DNA from: Hyphochytrium catenoides
Lineage: Eukaryota > Protista > Hyphochytriomycota
Direction of reading: 5' to 3'
Assembly: GCA_900088475.1 (NCBI GenBank)
Contig: FLMG01004054.1
Span: 1-64,000, forward strand
Length of the DNA stretch: 64,000 nt
Part shown: positions 1-13,164 of the stretch, piece after piece
Numbering within the stretch: the first letter of the stretch is position 1
Layout: every line of letters begins with the position of its first letter
The notes under the pieces: model-generated
The model's input: the letters and a program-made list of their open reading frames with translations, nothing else
Told to the model about the DNA's origin: nothing
Databases searched by the model: none
Translations under genes and position numbers: made by a program

Positions 1-22
1 TCTCTCTCTCTCTCTCTCTCTT
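1..22. repeat. (CT)n microsatellite at the window edge, within a CT-rich region (1-230)
   Basis: Direct reading: tctctc... run, with further CT runs at 125-170. Confidence 0.9.
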
Positions 23-1198
23 TCCTTGTGAAGTGACGTTGAGGGCCACTGACCTGTAACCTTGCTTCACTCCCGCTCTCTTGGGTTCATTTGTATTGTA
101 ACGTCGTTCACTCTCTCAAGGGCATCTCTCTCTCTCTCTTGTCCGTCGTGTCTCTTCCTCTCTCTCTCTCCCTTGTCTTCACCTCTCATCATACGGCCCT
201 AAGACTACCAACCTCTCTCTTCCTCTTCTAGTCATAGAGGTAGTGAGTGCTGACAGAGAGAGAGACGGTCAGCAGTTGGATGATAGATAGGATAGAGCAT
301 GGTCTTGGGGGCTCATCTAGATCGCCTGCCCCTCGCCTGTACGTGTTGGCTCTGCATGATTAGTGCACTGAGAGAAAGAATCAGCTCTCTCGAAGAAGCA
401 AGAGGGAGGAAAGGAAGAAACAGGAAAAGAGAGAGAGACAGAGAGACTGTCTCCCAAGCTCCTACATTTCAACATTCTCCCTCTGCGAGCTTATCAAGGC
501 CAACTTCCCTGTTGTCCTTCACGACCAATTCCTGTGTGAGAAAGCTCAACGCGGTGTCCTTCCCTCTTATCATGGGGCTTCCCTTAGCCTTATATCCTCT
601 CCACTATCCGTTCCCTCTCTCTCTCTCCCTTTGTTGCCTCGTTTCCTCCTCGCTTTCTTCCTTAGCTATCTTGCGTTCCATGCCCTTGATTCTTCCTGTT
701 GTCACCTTTCTCAAGACGGATAGGGAAAGAGAGCCTGGCTTTTCCCGCTGTGGCTCTTCTTCTCTTCTGTTTGGGTGCGTGTTTCCTCATTGAATTTGGT
801 TTGTTATCACAAACAAGGAGGGAGAAAGAAGTCGACTAATGCACCTGCCAGCCAGCATCGTGACGAAGGTCCCTCAGTCTCAAATTCCATACTACGGGTG
901 ACCTCACAAGCTCCACAGCGCGCCTTGCAGTCCCGCCGCCGCTTTAATAAGAGGCAGTCGGTCTGTTTGGACCACATCCGTAGCGTTTATTACGGCAGCC
1001 TGTGAGTAACAGAGATACATCCACCTCGCTCAGAGACGCCCGAAAGCCCAAGCCCAACCCTTGAGGCGCTCGAACCCCAGCGCTGGAGCATAGGCTGCTC
1101 GTGAGAATCGCTCTCTTGCTTGTCTTCTCCTTCGTGGAGCTACTCACTCCCTGCTTTGCAGCACAACGACAGAGGATTGTCTGCAATCGGAATCTTCG

Positions 1199-2299
1199 AT
1201 GGTCAGCCTATCGTTAGCTCCGCCCACTTCGGTTCAGCTGCTGCAGAGCCCCTTTGAGCTGATGAGCAAAGATTCCCTGGAGCTCAATTCTTTCTTAGAT
1301 CCAATCAGCCAAGAGGAAGAAGGACAAATGGTGTCACCTTCGTCTGCCGATGTTACTGTGTCCAGCAGACCGCATCTGGAACAGCCCTCTTTGTCCCAAA
1401 TTGCCATGAGTCAACTCCTCCAAGCTCAACAGCAACAGGCCCTCCAAGCTTTGCAAAAAGGCTCCTCGAATCATCATCCTCAGCAGTCAGCCATAGAGCC
1501 ATTGCAATTCCCTTTTTCTCTCGACCAGAGTAGTTTATTGTCTCTGAATGCAAGCGCAGCAGCAATCTTCAGTGTTCCCAATCCTGAGCTGACAACCTTT
1601 CCAGGAGCAACGAGCCAAGCAGGGGACAATGATCTTCTAGCCTCATACCTCTTTGCGGGCTCCGCCAGTCCCAATACTCAAAGCCAGCAGCTCTTCTACT
1701 TGCCTCAGCCTGCGGGCTTGCCACATTCCATAGCTCCTTACGTTTCTGCTAATGGACTGCAAGGCCAAGGCAGTCCAAGTGGCCTGCATTGCCTGTATAA
1801 GAAAGGCAGATGTTGCCGGAATCCTCGGTCGCTAAAGCGAAATGGACAACTCCACTCTCTTTGTGTGTACCATAGAACTAAGCAAGTGGAGTACCAGCGC
1901 AACTTTGACAGGCGGAACCGGGTCAAGAAGATGGAAGCAGCCGGCAGCTCAGGCTCAATTGGCTCGCCAAGCTCTGACCACGGGCTTGCCTTCAGCACAA
2001 GCTCCAATGCTAGCCCAAGACTCAGTGCTGAGCCTCATGAGTTGCTCTCTTTGCGCTTAAGTCAGGATATGTCTTCGTCTACCACTGAGACCACCTCACT
2101 GAAGCGGTCAAGCGTGGATGTCAATGATCCTCTCACGGACAAGAAGGCCAAGGTAGACAATGTAGAGCCCATGTCCGGACAGGACCGCTTCTCTCTCCCA
2201 CAGCTTCACGAACCCTCTGGCTCGACGCCGTCATCCAATTATCCTGAGCAAATGTCCCAAGATACCCTAACCCTCTTGCTCCACGATGAACTACTCTAA
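1199..2299 (+). CDS. Putative CCCH zinc-binding regulator / transcription-factor-like protein (oomycete-type family), single exon, 366 aa
   Basis: ATG..TAA ORF. Motif CLYKKGRCCRNPRSLKRNGQLHSLCVYHRTKQVEYQRNFDRR is followed by a basic helix and flanked by Q/S/P-rich low-complexity sequence. AATAAA at ~2543. Paralog at 17361. Confidence 0.8.
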   Translation: MVSLSLAPPTSVQLLQSPFELMSKDSLELNSFLDPISQEEEGQMVSPSSADVTVSSRPHLEQPSLSQIAMSQLLQAQQQQALQALQKGSSNHHPQQSAIEPLQFPFSLDQSSLLSLNASAAAIFSVPNPELTTFPGATSQAGDNDLLASYLFAGSASPNTQSQQLFYLPQPAGLPHSIAPYVSANGLQGQGSPSGLHCLYKKGRCCRNPRSLKRNGQLHSLCVYHRTKQVEYQRNFDRRNRVKKMEAAGSSGSIGSPSSDHGLAFSTSSNASPRLSAEPHELLSLRLSQDMSSSTTETTSLKRSSVDVNDPLTDKKAKVDNVEPMSGQDRFSLPQLHEPSGSTPSSNYPEQMSQDTLTLLLHDELL

Positions 2300-2723
2300 A
2301 GCAGGAGGTAAGGAGTATAAGGCTAGGGCAAGTGCCCAGCGTCTCTCTGTAAAGTGTACCTATAGTTCATCGCCCTTGGCCCGCTCTGGCTCGCCGCTGT
2401 TAGACACTAGAGTTTATTGTCTAGTCACAAAGGCTGTTATATGCCGTCAGAGATAGGCAAAAAGGCTCTTATTCTCTTTAACATCCCTATTTATCTCTTA
2501 GCTGGTTACCGTGCTACTCTTCTATACAAAGCTATCTACCTCAATAAACTGTTTAATGCTAAATGCGCATGTAAAATCCAATGTCCTTTCCTTTTTGCTT
2601 CTTTAAGGAGCTTCAGCTAATCTATTGCAAGAAGTGACATAGTATTACGACGTGTGACAGTGATGAACGATGAACAATAGTGCCGGTGTGGCGATGGGCC
2701 GAGAAAATATGCACTCGAATTGG

Positions 2724-4378
2724 TTACGCAGTCTGGAAGCGAGACTGGAGTTTCCAGGCCAGAGCTGCTAGAATAGCTACCGGGATCGCGAGCTTCAGTA
2801 GCTTGCCAAATGCTCCTCCCATAGCAGAGTCACGCATTGGCAGATTTCTTGCAAAAAGCATTCTCAGGTAGGCAAGCTTGCTTGCGGAGTATGGAGGATA
2901 GCGCAGTGCGTTGATCTTCTCAACAACCAGCTTTTCTAACACTGGACCCTTGTACATCACTGACCTCTCATGTGTGAATGTATCAAAAGAGTACTTCCCA
3001 TGGTAGCGGCCTTGTCCACTTCCACCGACACCACCGAAAGGCAGAGAATGCGTGCAGATCTGCATGGCGACATCATTAACGCACACCGACCCTGAAGAAG
3101 TGTTCTTGATAATCTTCTGAACATCCGCATCGTTGGACGAGAAGATATAGAGAGCCAGAGGCTTGTCCCTAGCATTCACAAACTTGACTGCTTCGTCAAC
3201 ATTAGCCACTGGTATGATAGGCAACACTGGACCGAAGATCTCATCCTGCATGATCTTGTCGTTCTCCGTAACATTTTGAAGCACTGTAAACTCTATGAAG
3301 CGATCCTTCTCATCCATACCGGCCCCAAGGGCGATTTTGTCTTTAGAGGCCTCAATGAGGTTCTTCACTCGGTGGAAGTGGCGGTTGTTGACGATTCTGG
3401 GGTAGGAGTCTGACTTCTGCTGATCCTCGCCATACATGGACTTTACGGCCTTCTGAAGCTCAGGGAGGAGTTTCTCCTGCATTTGCTTAGTGCAGAGCAC
3501 GTAGTCGGGTGCCACACATATTTGTCCGGCATTCTATATGTAGCCGAGCAGATACAAAGAAAGAGAAAAGAAAAGGGATGGTTAGGTCCGTCTGAAGCGC
3601 AAATGATGTCTAGTGTATAAGTCCTTACCACGCACTTGCCCCACGCCAAGCGTTTAGCTACCAGGACAACGTCAGCGTCATCTGTGACGAAGACGGGGCT
3701 CTTGCCGCCAAGTTCCAGTGTAACAGGCGTCAAGTGCTCTGCTGCAGCTTTGAGGACAATCTTCCCAACCACGCCATTGCCCGTGTAGAAGATCTTATCA
3801 AACCGATGCATGAGGAGAGATGTCGTCTCCTCAGGTCCACCGTTGATAACAGAAACCTCTCCACCAGGGAAGTACTTGGGCAACACCTTGGCCATGATAT
3901 CGGCACAAGCAGGAGCAAGCTCTGAAGGCTTAACAACCACGGCATTGCCGCCAGCTAGTGCTCCAACCACGACCGAGAGGGTGAGGTTGATGGGAAAGTT
4001 CCACGCGCCGATGATTAGAACCGTCCCTAAAGGCTCATGGACGGTGTAAAGATTATCGGTAGCATGAGCCACATGCACATTCTCTGCCTTTTTGGGCTTC
4101 ATCCACCTCTCCAGATGCTCCAACGCGACGGAGATCTCTGCCTGCACAAAGTCGATCTCAAACACATTGCCCTCAAAATGTGGTTTGCGCAAGTCCTGAA
4201 GCAACGCATCTAGGATAGCCTTGCGGTTCTCCTCCAGAAACCTGTTTAGCGCTCTCAGATTGGCTTTGCGGTAGGCGAGAGTGTTGTCAGGTCCGCGGCG
4301 AAAAGTTTGCCTTGTTCGTTCTACGATACCATGAATATCTGCGATGGGGGTGGAGGGGAAGCTACTAGTGCCAGCCAT
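2724..4378 (-). CDS. ALDH3: Aldehyde dehydrogenase family 3 (fatty aldehyde dehydrogenase-like, C-terminal membrane anchor); exons 4378-3629 and 3533-2724
   Basis: Motifs GAWNFP, KPSE, FYTG, LELGGKSP, spliced GKCV|NAGQICVAPD (catalytic Cys), EIFGP, PFGGVGGSG. GT-AG intron 3628-3534. Hydrophobic tail LAIPVAILAALAW as in ALDH3A2. Confidence 0.95.
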
Positions 4379-4954
4379 TGTACTCTTGGCGCTGCTTACA
4401 CAGAGTGCCGGGCAACTTGAAAGCTCCAAAAGCAGTTCTGAGAGTGGTTGAAGGCTGAGCGGGTTGTTAGCTCTGAGCAGAATATCGAAGAGTGATCACC
4501 TCACAGCTTGGCTTTGCTGTGCGAGGGCCAGGCCTGAGGCTTCGGGACGATGTAGAGGCTATCGCTTCTGGCTGCTCTTTCACCGCACAAAGGGAACGGA
4601 AGGCGAAGAGGAGAGGCGACCGGTATAAGAGGGAATAAGTGCAATAAGAAGAAGACATAGAAGTAGCTTGCTCCAAGATGAACGACGAGGGGGAAAGTGT
4701 GAGAGGTGGAGGTGATAGTTCTAGCTGAGCAAAGGAAGGGAAGAGAGAGGAAGAGAAAGAGAGAGGTGCGTACGAAGAACCAAGAGAGGATGATGAAACC
4801 CCACCAGTCAAAGAGGCAGAAGGCGGCGTGGAGAAGGCAAAGGAAAGCCAAAGAGACAGCACAAGAGACAGAAAGAGAACGAGAGGACGAAGGATCAGAA
4901 AGGAAGGGCATGGAGAGAGAGAGAGAGCAGCTCGAGGCGGGAGAGAGAGAGAAA

Positions 4955-4961
<7 letters not shown>

Positions 4962-5011
<50 letters not shown>
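4962..5011. repeat. (GA)n microsatellite inside an AG-rich tract upstream of ALDH3
   Basis: About 25 perfect AG units; purine-rich context 4730-5020. Confidence 0.95.
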
Positions 5012-5014
<3 letters not shown>

Positions 5015-7473
5015 GAGACGGGCAAGTAGCAGGGGCAACAGGACAGCCCTGGACCGCTGGACACCACGTGAGACCGAAGAGGCTGAGGCTGCCTGACCTG
5101 ACACACAACACAGTCCAAGGAAACGACAACAGCAGCCCAAAGTCTTCAATTCCCACAACGCTTCCTATCTAAGCGGAGTATTTGTCAGTCAGGTGTCTCA
5201 TAGATAAGTGATAAAGGTAAAACATCCGGTGTTAGTTTGGGTAGGCGCAGGGAAGATAATGCTGCTTCTTCTGCCGCAGGACCCCTCTGAAGGTGAGTAC
5301 CTACTGCCACTCGGCCTCAAAGATGCTTCTCATCTTCGTTAGATACATAAAACGAATAGACATCTTGGGGGTCACACCCTACGCAGCCGTGTATGTGACG
5401 CTACCCCCTTGACCTGACCCTCCACTCTTTTTGCCTCTTCACCACGTCATAGCGATCTCCATACCAGCCTGTAACCTACCTCAAGATGGACGATAGTTCT
5501 CTCAGTCACTACTACCTGTAATAATTCTACGAAGTAGGAGGCATGGGAGCCAAAGTAGGGAGGGACCTGGCGAGAAGAGAGAAGAGGCAGCAACAAACTA
5601 TGAGGGCTGGTGAACAACAACAAACAACAAGAGTGACATATTTAAAAACAGAGGCCTTCGGCCAAGAGAACAAACAGTTCCACCTCGAGGCTAATTACAG
5701 GAGGAACTAGCGAGATTTTAAATAGCAAGACCTTCAGCACGGCATCAGACTTCAGGTCAGGAACCTATGAAACAATAATGGGGCAAAGAGAACAGAAGAC
5801 CAGGGGAAATAAGTATGGCTTTATTCATTGTTTGTAATAAGGACCGATCTAGGAGGAAAATCCTAGCAAACCTAGGTTGGCTCACTGTCTCGCCCCACGT
5901 CAGTTGCCCAACCACCACGTACGCCCTGCATGTTTGCTGTATCTCTCTAGCAGGTTCTCCCCTAAACCGTGCCTTTAAACCAGCGAAAGTCTCGGAACAA
6001 AGGGAGAGCAGTGAAGAAACGGAGTGAAGAGCAACTGGCAGATCAGGCGAATAAAGCTGGTTAGGTTCTGATGCTAATTCCCTCTCACGTTGAGCCGCCT
6101 AGTTCTAAAAGTATATTATCCAGTATTATATTATCCATAGGAATGACAAAAGCGACCTTATCCAGACGACCCTTTCGCTGTACGCTTCTCTGATGAAGGA
6201 TTTGACTGTTATGATACGTTCTGTAACGCCCCTGTAAGTTATTATTTAAGGCTGGGGTTAGTACAAGAGGTGGGAAGCTGGGAGCCAGCGGCCGTCGCCT
6301 GAGAACTAGCCAACCACCACCCTCCCAAGCTCATGAGATCACCACGTAAGTCTGACAGGGAAGACCCAAAGTCCCATGGCAGCACTAGGAAGCGATGATG
6401 AGAGAGCAAGGAGGAGAGAGACCGAGACACGGACGAAGGAGCGACAATGAAAGAAGCAACTTGAAGAGGACAGATGATCAGTCAGAACCTATCATTCTAT
6501 GAATCGCTTCTTCTCGAGTGATGTCACTGTGTCAGGCAGGTGTGGCCTGGTTCATGAGAGGGGTGAATAGGAAGATACAAAAGCCGTCAACAGGAGACGT
6601 GGAAGCTAATGAAGAAAAGAGGCAAGGTTCTCAGCTTCAAGGACTGTGCTTGACAACTATTACTGTTACACCGCATGTCCTATCTAGGCCGTTGTTATCC
6701 ATCCTTCTGCGTCTTGTTGACAGGAGATGTGGTTCCACTTTATCCGTCGCTTGCTAGCAGCAGCAGTCGTTTCCCGCTAACGATGAAGATATGACGAAAA
6801 AGGAGTGTGTTTCTTGCCGATGAAGCTATTATTAAGTAACGGGGTAGGAAAGACAAAGCGAAAGACGTGGAGTTTGGTTGGGGTTCTTTGCGTTCCCTGG
6901 CCTCGGTAACTAAGGACTCCTGGATGCCACCAACTTCGGTCACTGTCGTCTTCCTCCAATCGCCTACTATTCTATATGCATCGTCTCAATAGCCCGGTTG
7001 GTATCTGTCTCTCTACAGAGTTTAGGGCAGGGCAGTTCTCTCTTTGTAGGGAGCCGTGGCCTGTCCTTCTCTTTCTACCACACCACAGGAGAAGACTGTG
7101 GTCATCAAGCTGTGAGGGCAATAAATTCCTTCTACCTAGTCCAAGAAGCTCACCGACAGATGAAGTCAGGGGCATTGAGGTGCACACATTTTTCAGACCT
7201 CGGTCGGCTTCTTCGTACTACCATGACAGTTTTCCGGACGGAGCTGTCATAGGTATCTGTACTGCATCATCATTCAATGCGCTGGTGTCATATTGCACCG
7301 AGTCATCCGTTAGGTCAGTAACTAGAAGAGTAGCACACTACTCTACGACATAGTAACGTCAGAACTGTCAGCATCCGATCCTCAACGACATAAGCTTGTC
7401 TTTTCTTAACCTGCCGTTGTTCTCTGTTCCTCACTTTGGTTGGCCTCTAGAGCAGTAGCAGTTTGTCTGGGTG

Positions 7474-8376
7474 TCAACATGTAAACTCCTTGAACAGAAT
7501 GCCTCTTCTCCTCCACATGACGAAGAGCATCATAATCAGTCCCAGGAGAACTACTGCCATCAGAGTCATCAGAACTAAAGTAGCAACAGCGACAATAGGG
7601 AAACCACCATTAGGAGCTGTGTCATTTTCTCGAGAACTTCTGCTGCTACTGCTGATGGTGTTGTTGGCCGTGTCCCCTTGATCAGAGACACGGTCCTCGT
7701 AGTTCTCAGCCGCAATATCTGCATCAGAAGCGTCTAATACAGCAGCCAACACGAGGGGAATCCAACTACTGCCTTCATGAATCCTTACAGTTTGAGGCAG
7801 TTCATAAATAGGGCTTCCAGAAGGTCTCTGTCCGGCCTCAAAATAGACTAGACCTTCGGTGTAGTGCTGAGTACGGATAGAACATTGGACAACCTTGCTC
7901 CCAATGGCCTTCTCTTGTCTCAGTGGACGTGGTTGCCCGTGAGAATAGTAGTGTTGGATGTAATGAGGAACCACTGTACGGCGTTGGAGGAGGTTCTCAT
8001 GCCAGAAGTAACTTCTATCGTCACGTAGTCGTCCGTTGGCTCTTCTCCTACTGCGGCAGGCGATACGAAAGACTATTGACGAGGAGAGTACGGAATAGGT
8101 TACCGTGGCTCCTGCTGCGTTTGATGTCGAAGTCTTGATCGATCCAATGCCTCGAGATGCGCTATTATCGACCACTGATCTCCATCGGCTGAGTGAAAAG
8201 TGGGGTCGCTCCAAGTGGTTGTGGAGGCGGTGTGAATTAAGTCCGTCCTGCCCACAAGCTTGATCATCATCACTGTTGTTATCTCCTCCTAGAAGACGAC
8301 TTCCTCGCATCGTCTTGCTGTCGACTCTGAAGCGATACTGCCGACGCCGTAATTGCTGACAAAGTCCCGGCTCCAT
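7474..8376 (-). CDS. Hypothetical single-pass membrane protein, possibly degenerate
   Basis: 300-aa ORF with a strong C-terminal TM (IVAVATLVLMTLMAVVLLGLIMMLFVMW) followed by RRR. No recognisable family; 5' end uncertain. Confidence 0.4.
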   Translation of the reverse strand: MEPGLCQQLRRRQYRFRVDSKTMRGSRLLGGDNNSDDDQACGQDGLNSHRLHNHLERPHFSLSRWRSVVDNSASRGIGSIKTSTSNAAGATVTYSVLSSSIVFRIACRSRRRANGRLRDDRSYFWHENLLQRRTVVPHYIQHYYSHGQPRPLRQEKAIGSKVVQCSIRTQHYTEGLVYFEAGQRPSGSPIYELPQTVRIHEGSSWIPLVLAAVLDASDADIAAENYEDRVSDQGDTANNTISSSSRSSRENDTAPNGGFPIVAVATLVLMTLMAVVLLGLIMMLFVMWRRRGILFKEFTC

Positions 8377-11300
8377 ATGACCGTCTGGTGTCGCCAGAGG
8401 GTACGTAAGCTTTCTCTCCAGAGTCCTCCTATTGGGAGCAGATACTCCCTACATACCAAAAGCCCAAGCAGCTTCTGAATAGGACAGCCGCAGCGCTTAC
8501 TTATCCTTACCGAAGTCACATCGTATCATGGTTGATAGATAGAAAGAAGATAGGTGTCGCCAAGATAATAAGCGGACTGGAACCAACAGAACATCACGAT
8601 GATTCTCAAACACCGCATCTACTAGCTTGTTGAGGCGGCAACGTCAACACTTCGATCTCTTTTTCTTTATACAAAAGCAGAGAACGGTTAACCAGTACCA
8701 CCAAGCTTGTCTCCTGTGCTGGCGTGTAGTGCTTAACAGAGGAGAGAGAGATACTAGCAGTAAGGAGAAGAGGCGAAGCTACAAAGGAAGAAACAAGAGA
8801 GAGTCAAGCCCGGGCCAAGAACTTAGTTGGGGGCGTCCGTCGTGGCACAATAACACCAGCAGGATCCGTCCTTCTTTCTACGTGCTGGGTGGTCTAGCTT
8901 GGCAGCTGCTTGAACTATTGCTATCGAGAATTGTCAATACTAAAAGAGAAGGAGCTAACCGACGGCATCTTCTCTTTCAACTCCAGTTCCCTGACTCTGC
9001 TTCGCACTCCTCTGTCCATGCTGCTTCTTGGTGAATGCCAGTCAGCGTCTCGCTTTCTTTAGCAGAAGGTAGTAAGGATACCGCCATCCACCTTCTCCCC
9101 ACCTCCTTTCTGTCATCCTTGTACGAAGGCCTTATCATCAATGTTCATCACTGCCACCTATCGACGTCTTTGCCTCCTTCAACGCTTTAGCTCTGCTCTC
9201 AGCCTTACACCTCCATCTTAGCAAGTGCTACTGGGAGTTCTTCGTCTCTCCATGCGCAAGGAGCATTTAGAAGGCTGCTGTGACGGTGTTCTCCTTGTAA
9301 AGAGAAGGCTAGGTGGAGGAAGGAGGGATGATGACCTCTTCTTAGAGCTTCCTATCAATACTAATATAGTGCTGATGATGGTCTCTTCTCAAGCAAGCCA
9401 CTGCTGCCCCGCCCTCTCTTCTGATATCATCCTCCGTTACTTTACAGCGCTAGAATGGGCGGCCCCTGCTGCCCATCTCACTTTCCTTTCTGTTTGTTGT
9501 TCAGTACCTGTAGTGGTCAATCGTAGGACAAGTAAGAGAAAGAAGAAGCAGCTGCTCGGCGGCATCATCATCATCATCGTCGCTGCTGCTGCTTTATTTG
9601 CCAGCAAAAGAGGTGCTGCTGCCCTCTCTTCTTCTTTCAAGAACAAGGCAGCAGCAGGCAGGGGTGTTTCCCATGATGTTTCTCTTGTTGTTGTGTGGGA
9701 GGCTCGTTCGTTGTTGCTGTGTGTCGGTCTGTGAGGGCATGCCTTTATAAAGAACTAGCTGTACGGACAGCCACTTGTTGGAGCATCATCCTTCCCTCTC
9801 AAGGCTGGCAGCAGCGGCACTGCGAGGACACAGAGCCCAGAGTTTTCTGTGCAGGAGGCGAAGGAACTTCCCACAGATCAGAAGGAAAGAATAATAGAAT
9901 AAGGAAGGGGCTGCTGTTAGTGGTGGTGGTGGTGGTCTTCGTTTTACGCTACCTCACAAACGAAGAAGTAGCGATCTTCTCATGCCAGCCCGACCTTGAG
10001 AAGTGTCCTCCTCCTTCCCATTGATGGTAGATTCTGCTGCCTTGTGTCCCGAAGAACGAGGGCCAGCAACAGCTGATAAATGAGAAGAAGGAAGGGAAGA
10101 GGAAGAGTCCACCATCCACCACCACCACGCGCTCAATCTGCCACCACCAACACCTCTTCCTGCTGCTGCTTCCCTTGTTGTTCTTTGCCCTTTTTTCCTT
10201 CTTGTGATTCGAAGAACTGTTTCCTGACCACTTCCATTAGCTCGCAACTGTGTAGCAGCACCAACTCTACCGCTAAGTAGCCCAAGCCTTCGTGGGTGTT
10301 CCTTGTTCAGGGCGGAAGAGAAGAAGCTTCGTCGTCACTCTGTCCACTGCCATGTAGTGGCGATCCTACTCAGGGCTACTCCTCAGGCTTTGCTGGGGTC
10401 TTACTCTGGCCATCGGGAGCTTCCCTCCTCCGGTCCTTCTTCTACCTTTGTTCTTCCTTCCTCTATCCTCCTCTTTTGCCTTGTCTTGCTAATATTGAGC
10501 GAGACGCACTTCATTGTCCTTGTTGCTGTTGGGAAGGAGTGATGACGATAGAGTAAGATCGAGAGAGAGAGCTCCTCTCTTCTGCAGGTTAAGCAAAGGC
10601 TCAGAGGTGGCAGGCGGCTGCCAAGTTGGAGAAGCATTCGCTTAGCTCCGTCGTCATCTTCCATTCTTGCTCGCTAGCTAGCATTGGCTCAACTCCATCA
10701 TCCGTTAGAGGGTGACAGAGACGAGAGTAAGAAGAAGGAGGACAAAGCCCTGCAATGGAATTGGCCATGTGCGGAATGAAGAGACTTTGGGCCCAAGCAC
10801 TGAAGCCTGACCTTGCATTCCTTGGGCAAATTGCCCTTCCTTCTTAGTGGGGTCAATGTTCTTGTGGCATTCTTCCTCCTCTATCCTTATTGCTTCCTGC
10901 AGACGGTAAGGTACACAGCACGACGCTAATCGAGGAGAGAAGAGAGACCTACGAGCAGCCAACGTCTTGGCCAGCGTCTAAATAATGGAAGCATTGGATA
11001 AGACATACGCGTGATAAATGAGGCGGCGGCAATAACCGCAGCAGCACCAGTTGCTGCTGCTATTCACATGTGAGAGGCTGTCCAACTGTAGCTGCAGCTG
11101 TGGGACAGTTGCTACAAAAAACCTACATGCCACCCCTGGAACCCGTTCTCTCAGCTAGTGGGAACCACTCTACGGGAAGGTGGTCTATGGGGCGATTGGT
11201 TGTTGAACTAGGCTTTCCCTTTGTGGTTGCTTGGCTTGCCCGGAAGCTCCTCTCTCCCCGCACTGGCGACTTTCCCCTTCCCATGGTGAATAATAGAAAG

Positions 11301-11591
11301 GGAGAATACGGGACCGGACGCTCTAAAGATCTTTATCCTTGTGCATCAGAGCATCTTCCTTCCTCCTCCATGAGCATGTTGTAACTCCATTGGCAGCCCG
11401 TCGGCACGTCCCAGTGACGCTGCATCTCTACCGGCCCATAACTACTTTTTCATAGTCGTAGAAGCAACTCTTCGTCACCCCCATAGCCGGACTTTTCCCG
11501 TCCTAGCACTAGTAGGCATCAGAGCAACTCCAAACTGGCAGGCGCCACGGAAGCACCAGGATGGACGTGACTGCTTTTCCCTGCCCTGCCG

Positions 11592-13164
11592 ATGGCGGGA
11601 TTGAGTCCATCGTCGTGGGTAGCACATGTCATGAGGTATTATTGCGACGCAAGCGGCGGGGTTGAACCTTTCGTCCAGGAAGGTGGCCATTTGTCTCACG
11701 TTGTCTGATCTCTATCATGAACACTGCCGCAAACAAATGTAGGCCATTCACCACTCGTATCGTGATAGCCTCTGGCAAAGCCATATTGTGCCTCTGGGCT
11801 CACCAAAGCACTTAACTGTTTTCGGGACATTCATCCTGCATGTCATCCACTTCTGGTCTCTTGGGCTGCTGTACATCTTTATGGACCTCACCGGTAGGCC
11901 CAAGTCCTTCCGTAGATATAAGATACAGCCTGGTCAGAATGAGCCGTTGTCTCTTTCGGTAAGTGATGATGAATTGACACGACGCAGAGCAGTGTCTGAG
12001 TCAATCGTCTTCATCATTCCCTGCTTGCCAGGACTTTGTCAGGGCTGCAAAACGAGCATTATTTAATCAGTTTTGCATCCATCTTCCGGCTGCATATCTC
12101 ACATACGGCCTTTTGGAGTGGCGTGGCTGTTCAGTGATGGGCCCTTTGCCTTCTATGACTGTGGTGCTCCGAGATATAGTAAGTGAACTGCTGTTACCAA
12201 TAGTGCAACGCTTGTATGCAAGTCTCATAAGAAGGCTAAGGCGAGCTTCGCTTTCTATGAACGTTTTGGTGGCTGCCCGGTTGCCTGGCTCCCTCTCCTC
12301 GCAAAAAGATGGTCTTCTCCTTGATTGAAGAGATGGCTTTCTATTATACCCATCGGCTGGCGCACATGAAGATCTTCTATAAGCACATCCACAAGGTTCA
12401 TCATGAGTGGACAGCTCCAGTTGCTATCACATGCATCTATGCACATCCATGTAGGTAGCTGCCTAATGTCAATCCGTTGTGTGCGATTATTTAGTTGGTG
12501 CTAATAGTTGAACTCCCTTGTTTTCTATGTGATGATGTGATGATCATCATCCCGCGATTTCGCCTATCTCCAGTGGAGCACTTGGTCTCTAACTTGCTTC
12601 CAGTGCTTCTGGGGCCATTTATAATGGGCTCTCACCTGTCGGTGGCCTGGCTCTGGTTTCTAATAGCGGTCACTGTGACGCTAAACGAACATTCAGGTAC
12701 GACGACAAGTATCATACGGGTGTTGCCTAGGCCTAGGGGAGAAGGAAGTAAGCAAATCCTCGCTTCTGACGGACGCAAGATTTCATGGTCGTCAATTGCA
12801 TCCTTGTTGAGATCACACAGCAGCAGCACGATAGCTCTTTCTTGTCTCAAGCTTATCATCGCAATCTTGTATGATGTCAGGATACCAGTTCAAGTTCCTA
12901 CCTTCTAACGCCGCACACGACTTTCATCACCTGAAGTTCACGCAATGTTACGGATCCTTTGGAATCTTGGACTTTGTCCACGGGTACGTACTACATCTAG
13001 AGCAACGACGTCGCCCCATTGACGATGTCTGCGCTGCTTCCACTGCTCTACGCCACCTGTCCAGAACCGATCAGCTTTTTCGAAAGTCCCGGAGAATGCT
13101 CAATCACCAGATTCTATGGTCCATGGCGCCGGATCTGTCCAAGGAGCCCGTTCACTCTCAGTAG
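11592..13164 (+). CDS. FAXDC2: Fatty acid hydroxylase / sterol desaturase superfamily protein, FAXDC2-like, about 7 exons
   Basis: Spliced product contains [55 protein letters not shown] and [13 protein letters not shown] (three His boxes), closely paralleling animal FAXDC2. First exon 11592-11635 inferred from splice phase. Confidence 0.9.

Noticed and set aside
299-1186. ORFs upstream of the first CCCH gene
   Set aside because: Low-complexity CT/GA-rich leader sequence with no protein features.
4467-5172. Several 87-229-aa ORFs on both strands (LSLSLS / RERERE)
   Set aside because: Translation artefacts of the GA/CT microsatellite tract.
6222-6446. Solo-LTR-like segment (TGTAACGCCCC...GCGACA)
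   Set aside because: No target-site duplication, no second copy and no retroelement coding sequence nearby.
8600-11400. Many short ORFs in the ALDH3-FAXDC2 spacer
   Set aside because: Trinucleotide-rich low complexity, with no coherent exon chain or motifs.
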